A stretch of 64,000 bases of DNA, taken from contig OU015567.1 in NCBI GenBank assembly GCA_907165135.1, forward strand, positions 9,362,001 through 9,426,000. The letters run 5' to 3'. This DNA comes from Oikopleura dioica (taxonomy: Eukaryota > Animalia > Chordata). Below the pieces are notes generated by a model. That model ran no database searches. It was not told the origin of the DNA and saw only the letters and a program-made list of their open reading frames with translations. The position numbers were made by a program, and so were the translations under genes. Below, in pieces: positions 37,455 to 51,348 of this stretch (the stretch's first letter is position 1; each line of letters begins with the position of its first letter).

Positions 37455-38728
37455 ATGGGCATTGATGCCGATATCGACGAGGCCGCAAGAAGCAAGGTCG
37501 ACGAAAGGCTGAAAGACAGTATCTTCTGTCCAGTTTGCAAATTAATTTTGGAGGTAAAAGCGTTATTTATTAATTTCTTTTTCGAAATCTTTTAGGACCC
37601 TGTTAATCTTAATTGCTGCGGAGGTCACCTGTGCTCCAAATGCCGCGATGGTGTTCTACGGACCGGGTATTCGAACTGCCCGTTTTGCCGAAAGCCGAAC
37701 TTCACTGCCACAAAGGGGCGATTAATGGTGGATGTTTTGAGCACTCTCAAGCTTATTTGCCCTAATACAGACTGTCGATCTTCTATTCCCTACGAAAAGT
37801 ACGAAGAGCACAAGAAGAACTGCCTGGCACTTCATGAGAAAAAATGCCCAGAGTGCGAGCAGACTACTTCGTTGAGCAAGTTCCACGAGCATTTTAAGTG
37901 TTTCGAGAAAATGGCGGCTAAAAATGCTGCTACGAAAGAAGAAAATGCATCTCTGAAAACGAGACTAACGGAAGCGGAGGAGCGACTCGCAGGAATGACT
38001 GGTGAACTTGGAGAGATGAAGAAGGAGCAACCACCCTCTGCTGGAACTCGGTCAAAAAAGCGAAAGAGAAACCAAGCTGCTTCGAATGAGATACAGCACC
38101 AAAAAAAGAGATCTCAAAAAAGGAACGAATTAGAAAGGATGGAAAGAGAAATAGGAGCGATTGGCGGCGCTGGGCATTTCTTCGAGAATGATGTTGATCC
38201 CTTACTTAGACATGTATTCAATGGGAATGGAGTAGTAAGACATGTGATGGCGGAAAGAGAAATCCGAAACATCTTGAAGATGCTGGCACTCGGCGTAACC
38301 CAAATAAATTTGAAGGAACGGGAGTTTTAAAATTTAACTAAGCGTAATTTCCACTGCGTTATGTAGTTTCAAATTGCTGATTTCTATAAACTCTCCGCGA
38401 AGTTTGCGGTTCGCCAGGCTTTGGAGGTCGAGGAGAACGGATGGAAAATCAAATTCATTGGTGCCCACTACACTTGGACAAGACCCAAGGACACACACCT
38501 TTGGCATCTTCTCTGGATTTCGAACAAAGGTAAGCAAAAATATTTAAGTATCAAAAACAAATTTTAGACGGCGGCGTGCCATTCACGGCGGTGGTCGATG
38601 AAATGAATTGGGATGGGGATGTGGAGACCACAAGAGATGGCACATCCGAGCCGGAGGGTCAGAAACAATTGATGAAGCACAAGTGGATTGGTGGTAAAAA
38701 TGTACGATACAATGTCACTTTACTGTAA
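37455..38728 (+). CDS. RING finger + TRAF-type zinc finger + coiled coil protein with a possible MATH-like tail (E3 ligase)
   Basis: CPVCKLILEDPVNLNCCGGHLCSKC..CPFCR; ICPNTDC..HKKNC; CPEC..HFKC; coiled coil; aromatic beta-rich last exons. Confidence 0.75.
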
Positions 38729-39450
38729 ATAAAGAATTATTTAGCAAAGCTTTGTTATATACTGAAAACATTTCTTGAAGTCTACTCAAGAAAAAAAATC
38801 AGCATTGACACTGTTTTTTTTATGTTTCCGACCTCATTTTCGACCCTCTGTAAAAAAGGGATGAGTATATCCTGAGATTATCTTAACCCCCCTACGCCAC
38901 AGAGTAGACCTTCAGCTCTTATTTGAGCCCTTTCGGGTATTTCCGAGTTGATGACGTCATTTGTGAAAGAACACGTGTCAATGACATTTGCTCAGTGTCC
39001 CTACGCCATAAAGCAGACCCTAAGCTACATTTTGGTACCCTTTGGGACTCTCTGCGACTTCTCTGGTCGGAGAACATAGACTCCCTAGTTGTCGGAAACA
39101 TAAAAAAAACAGTGTCATTGCATTTTACAAATGATAGCAATGCAGGGAAGATGAAATCTTTTTAAATTAAAAAGACAAAAGTTTGGATAGCAACATTAAT
39201 TTCCATTACTTGCCCATATTTTCTCAGCAAAGCACATTACTATGGATTCTCAAGAATCCAGGGATTTCCATTTTCCCCGAATCGTGATTGGCTAGAGCGC
39301 GTAACTGAGGGATCGAACCAAAAAGCTGTAGAACTGATTGTTGGAGAGCAGTTGAAAATAATCTTGTTTCGTGACAAATTTGAGTCTGTTTTAGAGAATC
39401 ATTGTCCTTTTAATTGATTCATAATTAACAGAACCATTTTTTTGAAGAAA

Positions 39451-41245
39451 ATGCTTCGAAGTCGTTTGAAAAAAGTGATTTCCCTCCGCGCGAGTGGATA
39501 TCAGTCGAAATGGAATATGCTGAAGTACAGAACCGATGTAGAAGAGTACCCTTATCATCAAGAACAGTTTCATATCGACGAAAATATTGATTTTTCATAC
39601 TTGTTGCCTAAAGATCATCCCGACTACAAACCTCCAGGTATCCTTCCTATCAAATCTTCAGTTTAACAAAATTGATAAGGAGAACCGCTCCGATCTGAAC
39701 TTTCGTCTCTCAGCGAAGAAGAAATCGAAGAAAAATATCCCGAGTTCTTGAGCTGGGCGGAATCTTGGCTTCACAACTACGAAAACGCTTTCCAAACAAA
39801 AGACTACGACGAGATTCCTCAGATGGACGCCGAACGCGAAGAAGAAAAGTACAACTTCGATTTGCGAACAAGAAGAAAGCTCATTAACCCGTTGAAGACG
39901 ATGAACATGGTGCAACGAGACATGTGGGAGCAGAAACTCCACGGCGTCACAAAAGCCGAAGAAATTTACCACGAAGAAAACGGCGAAGAATCCTTTCCAG
40001 GAAAAAGCGTCAAGTCGATCAATCTCCTTTATGAAAACTCGTATGATTCGGAAGATATTCTAAACGAGCCGATCGGAAAACAGAAGTGGCACGGCAATCA
40101 ACTCGCTAGTAAAGGCTTCACCCTGCAAGTCGATAACGATGGCCAAACAAATTACAAATGGGCAAGTCTCTGGCCAACACACAGAAGTTTTACAGACTCA
40201 CTGATTCCCTTCGATGTTCGAGCTGGTCACAAAAGAGGCAGCGCGCAACGACTGGACAAAAACTTCAACTCGCAACTCAATCACTCGCCGAATCTACTTC
40301 ATCTTTCACCACCTGTCGTCAAAGCTCATTGCGCACAGCTCAAGAAATTCACGACCAAGTTCCCGGAAGAGTACAAAAAGGACTTTTCGAAAATGCGCGA
40401 AGACTTTCCTCTAGAAATCCACACAACCTCAAAGTGCATTTCTGCGCCGTATCAACAAAGTTCCAACAATGCCACTCGATGGGCCTCTCTTTTCGTCAAT
40501 TTCGGTCAACTTGGATTGACCGAACAGCAGCGAAAGAAATTCGAAGTTTTTGTCAATGGACGGCCTGATGAGGGAGTGACGAAGCGGCTTTATACGAAAA
40601 ACTCTCATGCTTGGTACGGCTCTCCCAGGGCGACTTATCGAGATAGAATCGCACAGGATTATAGAATGGGGGAAGATAAGATTGTCCATAGAACTGGGAT
40701 GGTAAAACTCGAATCTGCAAGGTACTGAGTCTATTTTTCTTCATTCTTACTTATCAAACTTTCTTTAGATGTCCGTTGAAGTCACAAAACGAAGGCTATC
40801 TGTTGTATCTTCTTGAAGAATATTGGACGCAAGCTAGAAAAGTATTCAAGGCTGAAAATCGTGGTGAACTTAAGCATGGAAAATTTGCCTATTCTCGCTC
40901 TAGGGCTAAAAAGAGGTTTGTTCGGAAAAATCCGCAGCAGAGAAAATGATCATTTCTAGGGCTGATCGTCTTTTGAAAATTGACGAACATCCGGAAGAGT
41001 ATAAAGTTATGAGCGAAGCAGTAGAAACAATTTTCAACGAGCATTCTTCAAAGAGCAAAATCAGAGGCCACGATGGATATGTTAATAAAGCTCGGTCACA
41101 AAAGCCGGCATCGAAGTGTGCTAAACAACAGGTGAAAAAGCCCCTAGTTGGGCAACCCTTAATTAGTTTTCAGGCTTACGATGATTATGCGAAAGCAATG
41201 GAGAAACTTTTACTGAACGAAGAGCAGCAAAAAGTTTCTGCATAA
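39451..41245 (+). CDS. MRPS35: Mitochondrial ribosomal protein mS35
   Basis: WASLWP..IPFDVRAG, PNLLHLSPPVVKAHCAQLKKF, FPLEI, ARCPLKSQNEGYLLYLL match MRPS35 motifs. Confidence 0.85.
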
Positions 41246-41302
41246 AACTTGATAAATAAATTATTCTGCCGGAAATAAAATGCCAACTTTTTTCTCATCA
41301 GA

Positions 41303-43824
41303 ATGCGGTTAGAAATCGTATTGAGTTCATTTTTTTGTCTCGTGAATGCCGTTGCAGATCCTTGGAAAACTCTAGGAGTCAGTAGAAGCGCCTCGACGAA
41401 AGAAATCAAATCTGGTAGATTGATTCCTTGTTAACAAGCTGATATATGATTGTTTTAGCGTACAAAAAGCTCGCAAAAGAGTGGCATCCAGATGTAAACA
41501 AGTCACCAGAAGCGGAAGATCGTTTCGTCGACATTGCTGAAGCATATCAGATTTTAACGGACGACGATAAGCGTCGAGAATGGGAGTCTTCTCAGAACTC
41601 CGGCTTTGGCTCTTCTTTCCGTCGCTCAACCAAAGGATCTCGCTGGAGCGGTGGCTTTTCGCCTGATGATTTGTTCGATCAGTTTTTCGGGCAGTCTAAT
41701 TTTGGCGAAGATGGAGTCTCAACGAGGGATTTTTTCAATAATATCCTGAAGAAGACGAACAGGAGTCCGCATGTTTTCTTATTCACATCGCCTTGGTGTT
41801 TTGAATGCAGAAGAGCGAAGCAAGTCTTTTCTCAGGTAGAACCTGAGCTTCGAAAATGGGGCTTTGGCACTGGAAAAGTCAATGCGAATGTATATGCCAA
41901 GCTGAATGACTTCATGAACGTCCAAAAAGTACCATCTGTTGTTGTGGTTTACAACGAGAATCCGTATCCAGTTCCTCTTGCGGATCTTTATCGTGGATCA
42001 CAGCCGCTCAAGGAGTTCTGTGAGAATTTAGCGAGCAGCTCAGTTGTTATCGAAGAATTATCGACGAAGGAAAAAGCAGAGAACTTCATGAACCAGTACA
42101 AAAAGACTATGAGGCCGCGCATCTGGCTTGTAACGGAGAAAGATACGGTCGCTGGAATGTTTTCTTCAATCGCGAGTCAGTTTCGAGGAGAAATCGACTT
42201 TGCCTATTCAAAATTTAACGATGATGCGATCAACATGATCAGAGTCTCGCTTAAAATCTCAGAGCCTTCTCTTGTGTTCTTCACAGGTGTGTTTGAGCCT
42301 TTTTCTGTGAATAGAATAATTTTTAGAACAAAACACGCCATCCGAAATCATTCCAATCAACAAGCTCAAGTATCATGGTGGCATCTTGGAAAAAATTAAA
42401 AAGTACAGGACTCTGGAACTCACTAGAATCGCTCATCCTGAGCAATTCACTACGCGCTGCGAAGTACATACATCTGGAGATTCTCCGCCACTCTGCCTCA
42501 TTTTCGTTCATCATGGTTCTCTTGAAGACCCAGTTGTGAGCAACTTCGCCAAAGTTAGTCGCAATTTTTTCTCCTTTTCAATAATTCTGTAGTGGACCGC
42601 TCAACATGCTAAAGAAATGAAATCGGAGGCTGTCATCAATATCATGTCCGGCGATAATCAGTGTCACTTTTCGAAAATGATTGGAACGGACGGAAAGTCA
42701 GCTGCTGTCATCGTTCAGCGACTTTCAACTGGGTTGAGATTCCTAAAGATCCCGCACTCTGAAAGTTTTGAGGGATTCACTGCCGCAGCGTGGAAGGAAA
42801 GGTGTAAAATTTTCCATCTTAGAATTTTTTTGCTTCTAAGCTAGTAATCCTTTTGCAATTTTAATCCGAAAACAGGCTATCTTCAGCAAGCAAGACTACT
42901 CATTTGCATCATTCGTGAATATCGTCGATGAAGATCAGGATCAGACTTTCTTCGGAAGCACCTATCGCTACATTTGGAAATCATGGAGGAGAATTCGCCA
43001 CTTTGAAGAGGAAGAACTGCTTCTTTACATTTGTGCTCCGTTGGCTATCATTATGCTCACCGGTAATTGAATCATTCTTATTTGAAAATTAATGTTTTCA
43101 AGCTTCGTTTTTCATGACCGCAAATGCTGAAACAAACCCAAGGAGGCCTCGAGTCACCAAAAGAGAGCGGCAATCTGCAGCTGACTTACCTCTCAGACCT
43201 TTGAAGAAATTAGAGAAGGATGAGATCAGCAATTTTCTGACGGAAAAAGTAAAGTTTATCGTCGTCCTTGTTATCTCCGATAATAACCAAAGGTATGTTG
43301 TTTATCGTATACCGGTATTATTATCGTTATTGATTCAAAACATTTTGATTATATATAGAATACGTTTATATAGTCTATACAGAATATAAGTCTATACACT
43401 GATGATTACGATTGATTTACAAAATTTCAAATGATATTTATGTATAGTTGTCGTAAGAAATTCTATCTGATCATGTCGCTATTTATCTACTAATTATGCA
43501 GCTGTTCTTATATTTAAATTTAGCGAAGCTGAACGAGATGTAATGGTTGAAATGACGCGCCAATTTGCGATAAAAATTCAGGAATTTAAATGCGATCCGC
43601 ATATTCCCGACTTTTTCTGTATCAAAAAAGGAAATGTTGGCGAGCAATTAGCGTCAAATCTCGACCTTATTCCGGGAACCGTTCTCGCGTTAGGAGCGAA
43701 CTGGTGGGCTGGATACCAGATTGATCAAGACGATGACATTTATATGGACAATATTTTGCCAAATGTCGAGCACTGGCTAGCGAGGTTGCAAGAAGGTGCT
43801 ATTAAAAGACAGCGTTACAAATAA
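41303..43824 (+). CDS. DNAJC16: DnaJ + thioredoxin-like membrane co-chaperone
   Basis: Signal peptide, J domain with HPD ([15 protein letters not shown]), Trx-like SPWCFEC, C-terminal WLARLQEG. Confidence 0.85.
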
Positions 43825-44010
43825 AGGAACTTATTTCTTTCGAACTTCTTTCTATCTGCCTCGTTGTACAACTCTTGAATGTTCATTTTTCTGCCAGAAT
43901 CCCATCTGCTTTCCATGATGCCATAGATAACTATTATTGCATGATCTTATGTTTATTGATATTGTACGTAAATTCCCTTTATCACAAATTTTGAAAATGC
44001 AATTGCAAAG

Positions 44011-44384
44011 ACAGGTTTTTTTTTATATTGCACAAAGCTCGGGAGTCTAATAACTCCGAATAGGGATATCGTAGAATGCCCCAAAAGTGCTCAAAATGTA
44101 GCTCAGGGTCTGACCTATTGTTTGAAGTAATATGGGAAATTTTCGATCACGTGATCTATCAGAAATTACGTCATCAACACCGAACTCGCCGATTTTACCA
44201 ATATCGGCCCAATTTTGGGAGTCTAATAACTCCAAATATAGATATCGTGGAGGTTCCCTAAATGGCGCAAAATGTATCTAGGGTTCCAAACTATTGTTTG
44301 AATGAGTTTCAAAGTCATGTGACTTGCTCATCCCTATTCTAGAGGGGCGCGAAAATCGCTTGTGCAATATAAAAAAAAACCTGT
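44011..44384. mobile_element. 374-bp TIR element with internal 176-bp tandem duplication
   Basis: TIR ACAGGT9ATATTGCACAA; 5-bp TSD caaag (44006-44010, 44385-44389); repeat units begin 44041 and 44217. Confidence 0.75.
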
Positions 44385-44513
44385 CAAAGCTAAATGTAAA
44401 TCAACCTTTTCTGCTTCAAATCATTACGTTTTTCATATCGCTCTACTGAAATTCCGTTCTTCAAAACATTAAATAAACAAAAATATGCTTCTATTTTTTT
44501 CTTTAGAGAAAAG

Positions 44514-46781
44514 ATGAATGAAAGCGCAAATATTTCCACGAGCGAAGTTCGATTTGAAATTTTACTTCTGAGAGATGATGCATCTTTGGACGATCTGTTC
44601 GCCGATTTCATGGCATTCCTTGCTGCGAAAAGCTCAACTTATATCTGGAATTTTTCCTCTCCGAGAGTAGAGAAAACGGGACTTGGATTGGCCGGAGCTC
44701 TTGAATTTGGCGACTTGTATGACGAAGAGTGGCTTTTGCTTGACTTTCTAAAGGGTAAGGGAGAAGGTAATATTTTATTTGGAAGATTTTGAACCTGTTT
44801 TCAGCGAGGAACTGATAAATTTCTCAGAATTTACGAAGACTAACCCTGTTGCGGCGCGAGTTTTCGATGCAGATGGAGAATTTGTGCTCGTAGAAGCGGC
44901 TGATGTTCTTCCGAATTGGGTGAGTCCCAAAACTGCGGAGAGGAAAGTCTGGATTTATGATGGAAAAGTGATCATCTTGGACGAAAAAACATCTGCTGAC
45001 TTAATAACGGTATGTTTTGCCTAATATTCTTTTGTTGAAGACGAATTTTAGAAAGAAATGTTGGACAAATTTGTGAACAGCCTCGATTCACGACAGATAA
45101 ATATCGAACTTCTGGCGAAATTGAAGCAAGTAAATGAAAATACTTCCATTCATACGGCGAATGTTTATCTGCCGCAGCGATGTGCGTCTATTCTCAAGCA
45201 GAACCCTCAACTCATATCTGGTAAAAAATAGACTTTTTGAAAATCAATTATTTCATTTAGCATGCGTGGCCGCCTTTTACACAAGGGATCCTATTGATCT
45301 TCGAGGTTGTCGAACACTCACCGATTTTCCGAGGAACACTTTTACGGCCGCTCAATTACCACTCAATAGATGCTCTCTGGCTCAACTAATGTCCCAAACA
45401 TTTGTTCCCGATAAACGAACAGGCTATTTACCCTTGCCGCTCAAAGACGACCCTTGTAAATATGTTTTTGATTGCTGCCATAAAAAGTACTAATGTTTAG
45501 TTTATCTGCCGTACACTCTTGGAATCAAGATCACAATCGGGCTCAATATCCTTCTTCAATCTTCGAAAAAATCTTCCGATTCATTTGACGGAAGCTCCTT
45601 TTCTAACTTCGTAAAGAAGCTTGAGCGAAACGGGTATTTCGAAGGGGAAATTGAGCACTCAAAAAGATGGACGGAACTTCATGCAAAAGCCAAGAATTTT
45701 TTCATGACGAGTTATGATGACAAAACGAGTAACGATTCTTATCGCTTTCAAGGGACGGGTCTCACTTTGATCAAGATAGGAGTTAAATTGTATATGCAAA
45801 AACATATATTTAATAGCGGATTCATCAGTGAATCCCATTTCCCAGTTAATTTTGTAGTAACTAAATATATTGCGTCAGAATACAAGTCAGTAACATCGTA
45901 TAAAATTTTTCGTGCTTTTTTCATTGTCAAACGTGAAATCCTCTGAAAGCGTCTTGCATTATAAAGGAACTGTCAGAACGATTCTCTCGGCAAAAAGACC
46001 AACCGGCACTTATTCCAAATTTCTCAAATTTCCCACCAGAATCTTCAATGGACTGGCTCTGCCTCGATCCCAAATCTTTTGATCAAATGCTAAATGAGCG
46101 ATACAATTGGGACAAGAAAAATAGCGAAGTGAATGAGGAAGAGAATTTCGCTGATCAAATGGCGGACATGAGCAGAAAAATGAAGGACTTTGTAAAAACG
46201 ACGAGCGATTTTGAAGGCGTTGAAGTGAGCGAGAGTCAGATGAGCAACGAGGCTGTAGTCGAGCTTGATCCTGCCAAGGTAGTTTGAATCTCGTTTAGCC
46301 ATTTATATATTGGATTTAGTTTTCGAAAGCACTGAACAAGCTCCTTGGCAACAAGGAGGACACGGACTCAGATGATTATCTAGATTCAGATGACCTCGAA
46401 GATCTGCCGTCTGATGATGAGACTGGAAAGTATTACACAGAGATGGATAACGAGCTTGCAGGATCGAAAGTCATGGAAGGCTTTATTAGGAAGCCAGTGG
46501 AAGCTGAAAAGGAAATGAATGCTGAAGATAAAGAAGATTCTTCGGAAAAAGAAGAATCTTCTCAGTCGAGTGTCCGAATTGAAGAAAATATTGGGAAACC
46601 AGGATTTGACCACAACGGTATTTGGGTGGGCGAAGGACCGCTCGATATAGATTTAAATGTTGTAAACGGACTTCTGAAATCTTACGCATCTCAAGTGGGA
46701 TACACGGGGCCAACGGAGACGATCTTATCGTCCTTCGGCTTCGAATTACCCGATAATGCTGATACTGCCAATAAAGAATAA
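44514..46781 (+). CDS. ECD: Ecdysoneless (SGT1 domain) homolog
   Basis: YIWN..FGDLYDEEWLL, DADGEFVLVEAADVLPNWVSP, C-terminal PLDIDLNVVNGLLKSYASQVGYTGPTETILSSFG. Confidence 0.9.
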
Positions 46782-46812
46782 TGAAATCGTTCCTCATAAA
46801 GTTAAATTCAGA

Positions 46813-49403
46813 ATGAGTGTCGAGGAAATAAAAGAGGAACTTCAAAATACTTTCGATATCGAAGAAGACGAGGTTAAGGAACTCGATGAATTGTACATGG
46901 TCTATCTCAAAAGCGGACAGAGCATTGAGGACTTTCAAGACTCCCTGTTCGCCTGGAAACTCAACTCAAAAGAATACAAGTCCATTCAAGGAGTGTCTTC
47001 GGAAATGATTAGACGATTCGAGGGAACAATGAAGACAGCTGAAAAAAAGAAACCATCAAATCAGAGTAAATTTGGGACGCCAAAACGAGGTCGTGATGGC
47101 ACACCATTGAAGGGAAAGGTACAAATGATGACACCGCGAGCGAAGGTTCAAAAGTTGGAATATGTTCTTGACTCGCCTGCGTCAGCGGCCTTCAAGGATA
47201 GAAAAGATAGCGGGAAGATTATAGCTACTTTAGGTAAGTGATAATTTTAATGTCATCGTCTGAAGCAGGGATGTAAATCACCCCACCATTTTCACCCCAC
47301 CACAGCAAAATGGTGGGGTGGTCGTTGGTGAAAAATCACCCCACCACCACCACTGAAAAAAGGTGGTGGTGGAAAATCACCCCACCACAGTGGTGGGGTG
47401 GCTGTGGTGATTTACATCCCTGGTCTGAAGTCTTAAAACTATATTTTAATATGGCTTAAAAGCCCTTTTATCAGTTTTAGTAGCACATAAAATCGAAATC
47501 CTCGTGCGTGATAATCACGTCGTGATACATGCTTGAAATATATACTAACTTTTAAGGTGGTGATATTCAACCAACGATGTCGGATGAAATCGAAATTGAG
47601 AATCTTATAGGTACAATTAATTACTGAGCATAATTTTCAATTACTGATCCTCAGATACGAAGTCATACAAACTCCTGTCATTCGATAGACGACATATTGC
47701 AGATGAAATAGCATATTTTATCAACGAACGGTGCGAGGTCATTGAAAGTAGACTTGGGATCGGTAAGTGCGTTTTTTGGAACCATATTTTTTAACAGACG
47801 ATTCAGTCGAACAAGCGAGCTACTCGATGATAACAGATGTGCCAATCAAAGTTTGCGGCATGATCATTTGCGAGGGGTCGAAAGGAGCTGATGGTGTTTA
47901 CCTGCTTCGCGATGGAGAGCAAGTTCAGCTTGACATTTCCGAGCTTGAGGGAAGCTCTATTTTTCCTGGGATGATTTGCGCTGTTGAAGGAGTTAATCTT
48001 ACTGGCAAGCTTATCGTTGTGTCGAAGATCATTCAGCTTGATGACCAAGGAACAGATCAAAAATAGAATACCCTTTATCAAATGATAAGTTAAAAAGAAA
48101 TTATAAAATAAAAAAAATCGTTCATAAATGACCTAACGATAAGCAACGGAGGATGAGGGAATCAAGGAAGATACTACAATTGTGATATGCGCTGGGCCTT
48201 ACTTTACATCAGACAATACTTCAAATGAGCCTTTGGAAGAGCTGATAACGCAAGTTGCTTCGTTGGCGCCACACATGGGTACGTCAGTGGTATCGGAATC
48301 TAATAAATATTTTTGATAGCTATCTTTATGGGACCGTTTCTGGATGAAAATCATATGGGCGCGGATTGCATCAGCCCGCACAACCTCAACGATCTGTGGA
48401 AAAAGCAAATCGAAAGTCTTGCTCAAAGCGGAACTAAAGTTCGAATGATTCCATCCACATCAGATCTCTTCGCGGACCCAGTCATACCAACCCGAGCAAT
48501 TGATGAAAAAGAGTTTGCTTATTGTAGGGAATATATGGTCAGCAATCCGTGTTTCTTGGGCGCAAATAAATGGACGATTTCCGCTATTTCAGCGGACCTA
48601 CCATTGAACTTGATGAAGACGGAAATAGTCAAGAATCCAACAAACTCGTGCAAATTCACAAGGGTAAGATCATCTGATTGTATAACTTTTGGGACACACA
48701 GAAGACAAATAAATATAGATAATACGCTTTAAATAGATTTCTATAACGGTATATGTCCGACTTTATTTATAGTAATAAACCGCAATTGCGCTAAAAGTGA
48801 ACATAATTCAATTTTATTGGAACAAATTGTGGTTGGAAAGCACGAAGAGGACCCAGTTATCGTGATTGAGGCTCGCTTTACACGGAATTTTATATGATCT
48901 TCCAAAATAGAAAACGTCAGACAATTTTATTGCTTCCGAGTTTACGTACTTCTATCGCGGGGAAAATGCCAAAAGTCCAATCTAGACAATTTCAAATGTT
49001 CAAAAGGACACCACCAACGCAATCAGATTACATCAGTATATATACTTACAACTTGTAAATTACAGTGGCGTTATTCATTCCTTTTAGATTGGCGAGCATC
49101 TTCTAAACCAGCAATGTATGATGCCACTCTTCCCTGCGCCAGAGGACATCTCAGTCGACTACTCCAAGTTCAAAGAGAGTGTCTGCTTTGATAAACTACC
49201 AAATGTTCTTGTCGTCCGTTCGGAACTCAACCCGTTTATCAGAACTGTTGGAAGCACGCTCTTTGTCAATCCAGGAAAGCTCACAAAAGGTAAATCTACC
49301 CAGCTCTTGCAATTCTGATGTTTTTATAGGAAAAGGCGGTGGAAGCTACGCAACAATCCAGCTCAACTCTTCAGGCCATCGAGCAAAGATCCAAAAACTT
49401 TAG
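46813..49403 (+). CDS. POLA2: DNA polymerase alpha subunit B
   Basis: SIFPGMICAVEGVN, VICAGPYFTSD, FMGPFLD, PLFP, FVNPGKLTKGKGGGSY. Confidence 0.9.
47266..47422. mobile_element. 157-bp hAT-type MITE in a POLA2 intron
   Basis: TIR CAGGGATGTAAATCACC; 8-bp TSD gtctgaag (47258-47265, 47423-47430); internal CACCCCACC/GGTGGGGTG repeats. Confidence 0.93.
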
Positions 49404-49524
49404 ATCAATCATGAACCACACATTGCCTCTCACATGATCTCACTTATTCACACTGCCTTTTTTCGAAAATAGAGAACCCACAAAGACCATGATGATTGAT
49501 ATGATTTTAGTCATTTTATTTCAA

Positions 49525-49909
49525 TCAATGATTGTGTACAGAACTTTGCAGGACATAAAAAACATGAGCAGCAAATGTAGGAGCTAACTCCCCGATCGTA
49601 TCAAGCGTGGACCTCGGGCCGCAGTCTTGGTTATTGAAAGCCCTTCGGTTTATATCATGGCTGTTACTCTTACGAAGAAATATTATCCTAGGCGTACATG
49701 ATACCAGACAGCGGACTGCAGCAGTTTTGCATCGAAAGGGCGGAGCAAGCTTTCTCAATTCTATCGTGAATTCCTTCTCGAATTAGATGCCCTTGTGACT
49801 GGTGTAGTCTGCAGACTGTGCACATTCTTGACAATCTAGCACCAGACATTCTACATCTTGAAGCGACTGTGAGTTGGAGAAGGAAGGAAAAAATGAAGAA
49901 TAACCTCAT
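49525..49909 (-). CDS. Small secreted Cys-rich protein; C-terminal frame ambiguous
   Basis: Signal peptide MRLFFIFSFLLQLTVA; ORF to 49688, or spliced into a second frame ending at 49525 next to AATAAA. Confidence 0.5.
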
Positions 49910-51348
49910 TATTTTTCTAAAGGTTTGGCTGTGAGTATAACTCCTCTATGTTCCATCCGTCGCTTTTATACCTTCGAAAGGCGCGCCGCACTGAGGGCGC
50001 CGCGAGAGTAACTCTTATCTTCCAATGTCCAGTGAGAATAACTTTCAGGGATACACTGGAGTTACTCAGATGTACATGGATAGCACTGTATGTCAGATTG
50101 ATGACGGAAAAGGAACTTTCTTTATGGAAGGATTGACGCTTGTTCTCTCATATTTGTGTCACCTGTCTTAATCTTATGAATAAATTAGTAGAACTCTTTA
50201 TTCCTTGAAAAATAAGGTTTTTGTATTTGACAAGTTGTAAAATCTACACAATGCTCCTCATAAAATAGTCTTTATATGCCGAAATCTAACTCCAGTACTG
50301 ATTTTGAATTGTATAGATTTCGATAGCGAGTACCAAACTTGAAAATTTTACTATATTTGATTGCAGTTATTAGTGAACTCGACCAAGAAATTGATCGATT
50401 ATATAATTATTTTCATAACATTTTGTATCCGAATTCGTTTACAACTTTGATCCTTCAATTTAATTGGTTTCACTTAAGACCAGTATTATTTGAAGAATGA
50501 AATTAAAATAGTTGTATAAGAGAACGGCATGGTTTTCTTGAACACGAGATGTTCTTATTCACTGACTAATTTTTACGAGTATAAATTAAATAACAGAATT
50601 AAATAAATGCGGTTTCTTGAATGATTCGAAGATATCTTTTAATTGTATACCGCCTGGCAATCGTTACCTGGTATTATACGGTACGCGATTCACATTCGTG
50701 AGTGACCAATTCAAAAATCGTTTGAACATTTCCCTGTGTTAAAACATAGGACTTTTGTTCAAACGTATTACAATAGAAATTGATTCTGGTCAGTCAGAAA
50801 TGTGAATCAGGTATAATGAAGGATTTTTAGGAATGTGTTTTGTGTTGTTTGAGTAATAATATAGCACTGAATTCACTATGTTCAATTTTTCCCATATCAA
50901 ATATTTCCGCCAAGTATTGAAGCATATGTCACATGACCGAATCATTTAGTTCTCAGACCGCTTCTAGACAGTGCTCTAATTATGAAAAGGATCTGCTTTA
51001 GAAGACATGCATCACAATGTCGTACAGCATACTTGTTAAGAACTGCATTACCAGTGCCAATACTGTGTATTTTTTCAGAAACCATCTGTAGGTTTCGTGC
51101 CTCCAGGATCGTCGAGCAATCAAAAGGAATCTTTCCATAAATTATTTTGATCTACATCTGCCTCATATTTTTCTTATATTTGGCTTGCAGACATTTATAA
51201 ATAAACTGATACGAAACAACCTCATCGAATCGTTTCATGTGCCACTAATTCTATGCTGCTGAATTACAAATTGTCATGATAGTACAACTTAAAGTAGAAA
51301 TAATTTAATTGAAAATAGATGGACATTTATTTACAGAGAAACGTGGGT

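Noticed and set aside
49688-49909. Insulin/relaxin-like peptide
   Set aside because: Cys spacing does not fit the A-chain CC-x3-C-x8-C or B-chain CG pattern.
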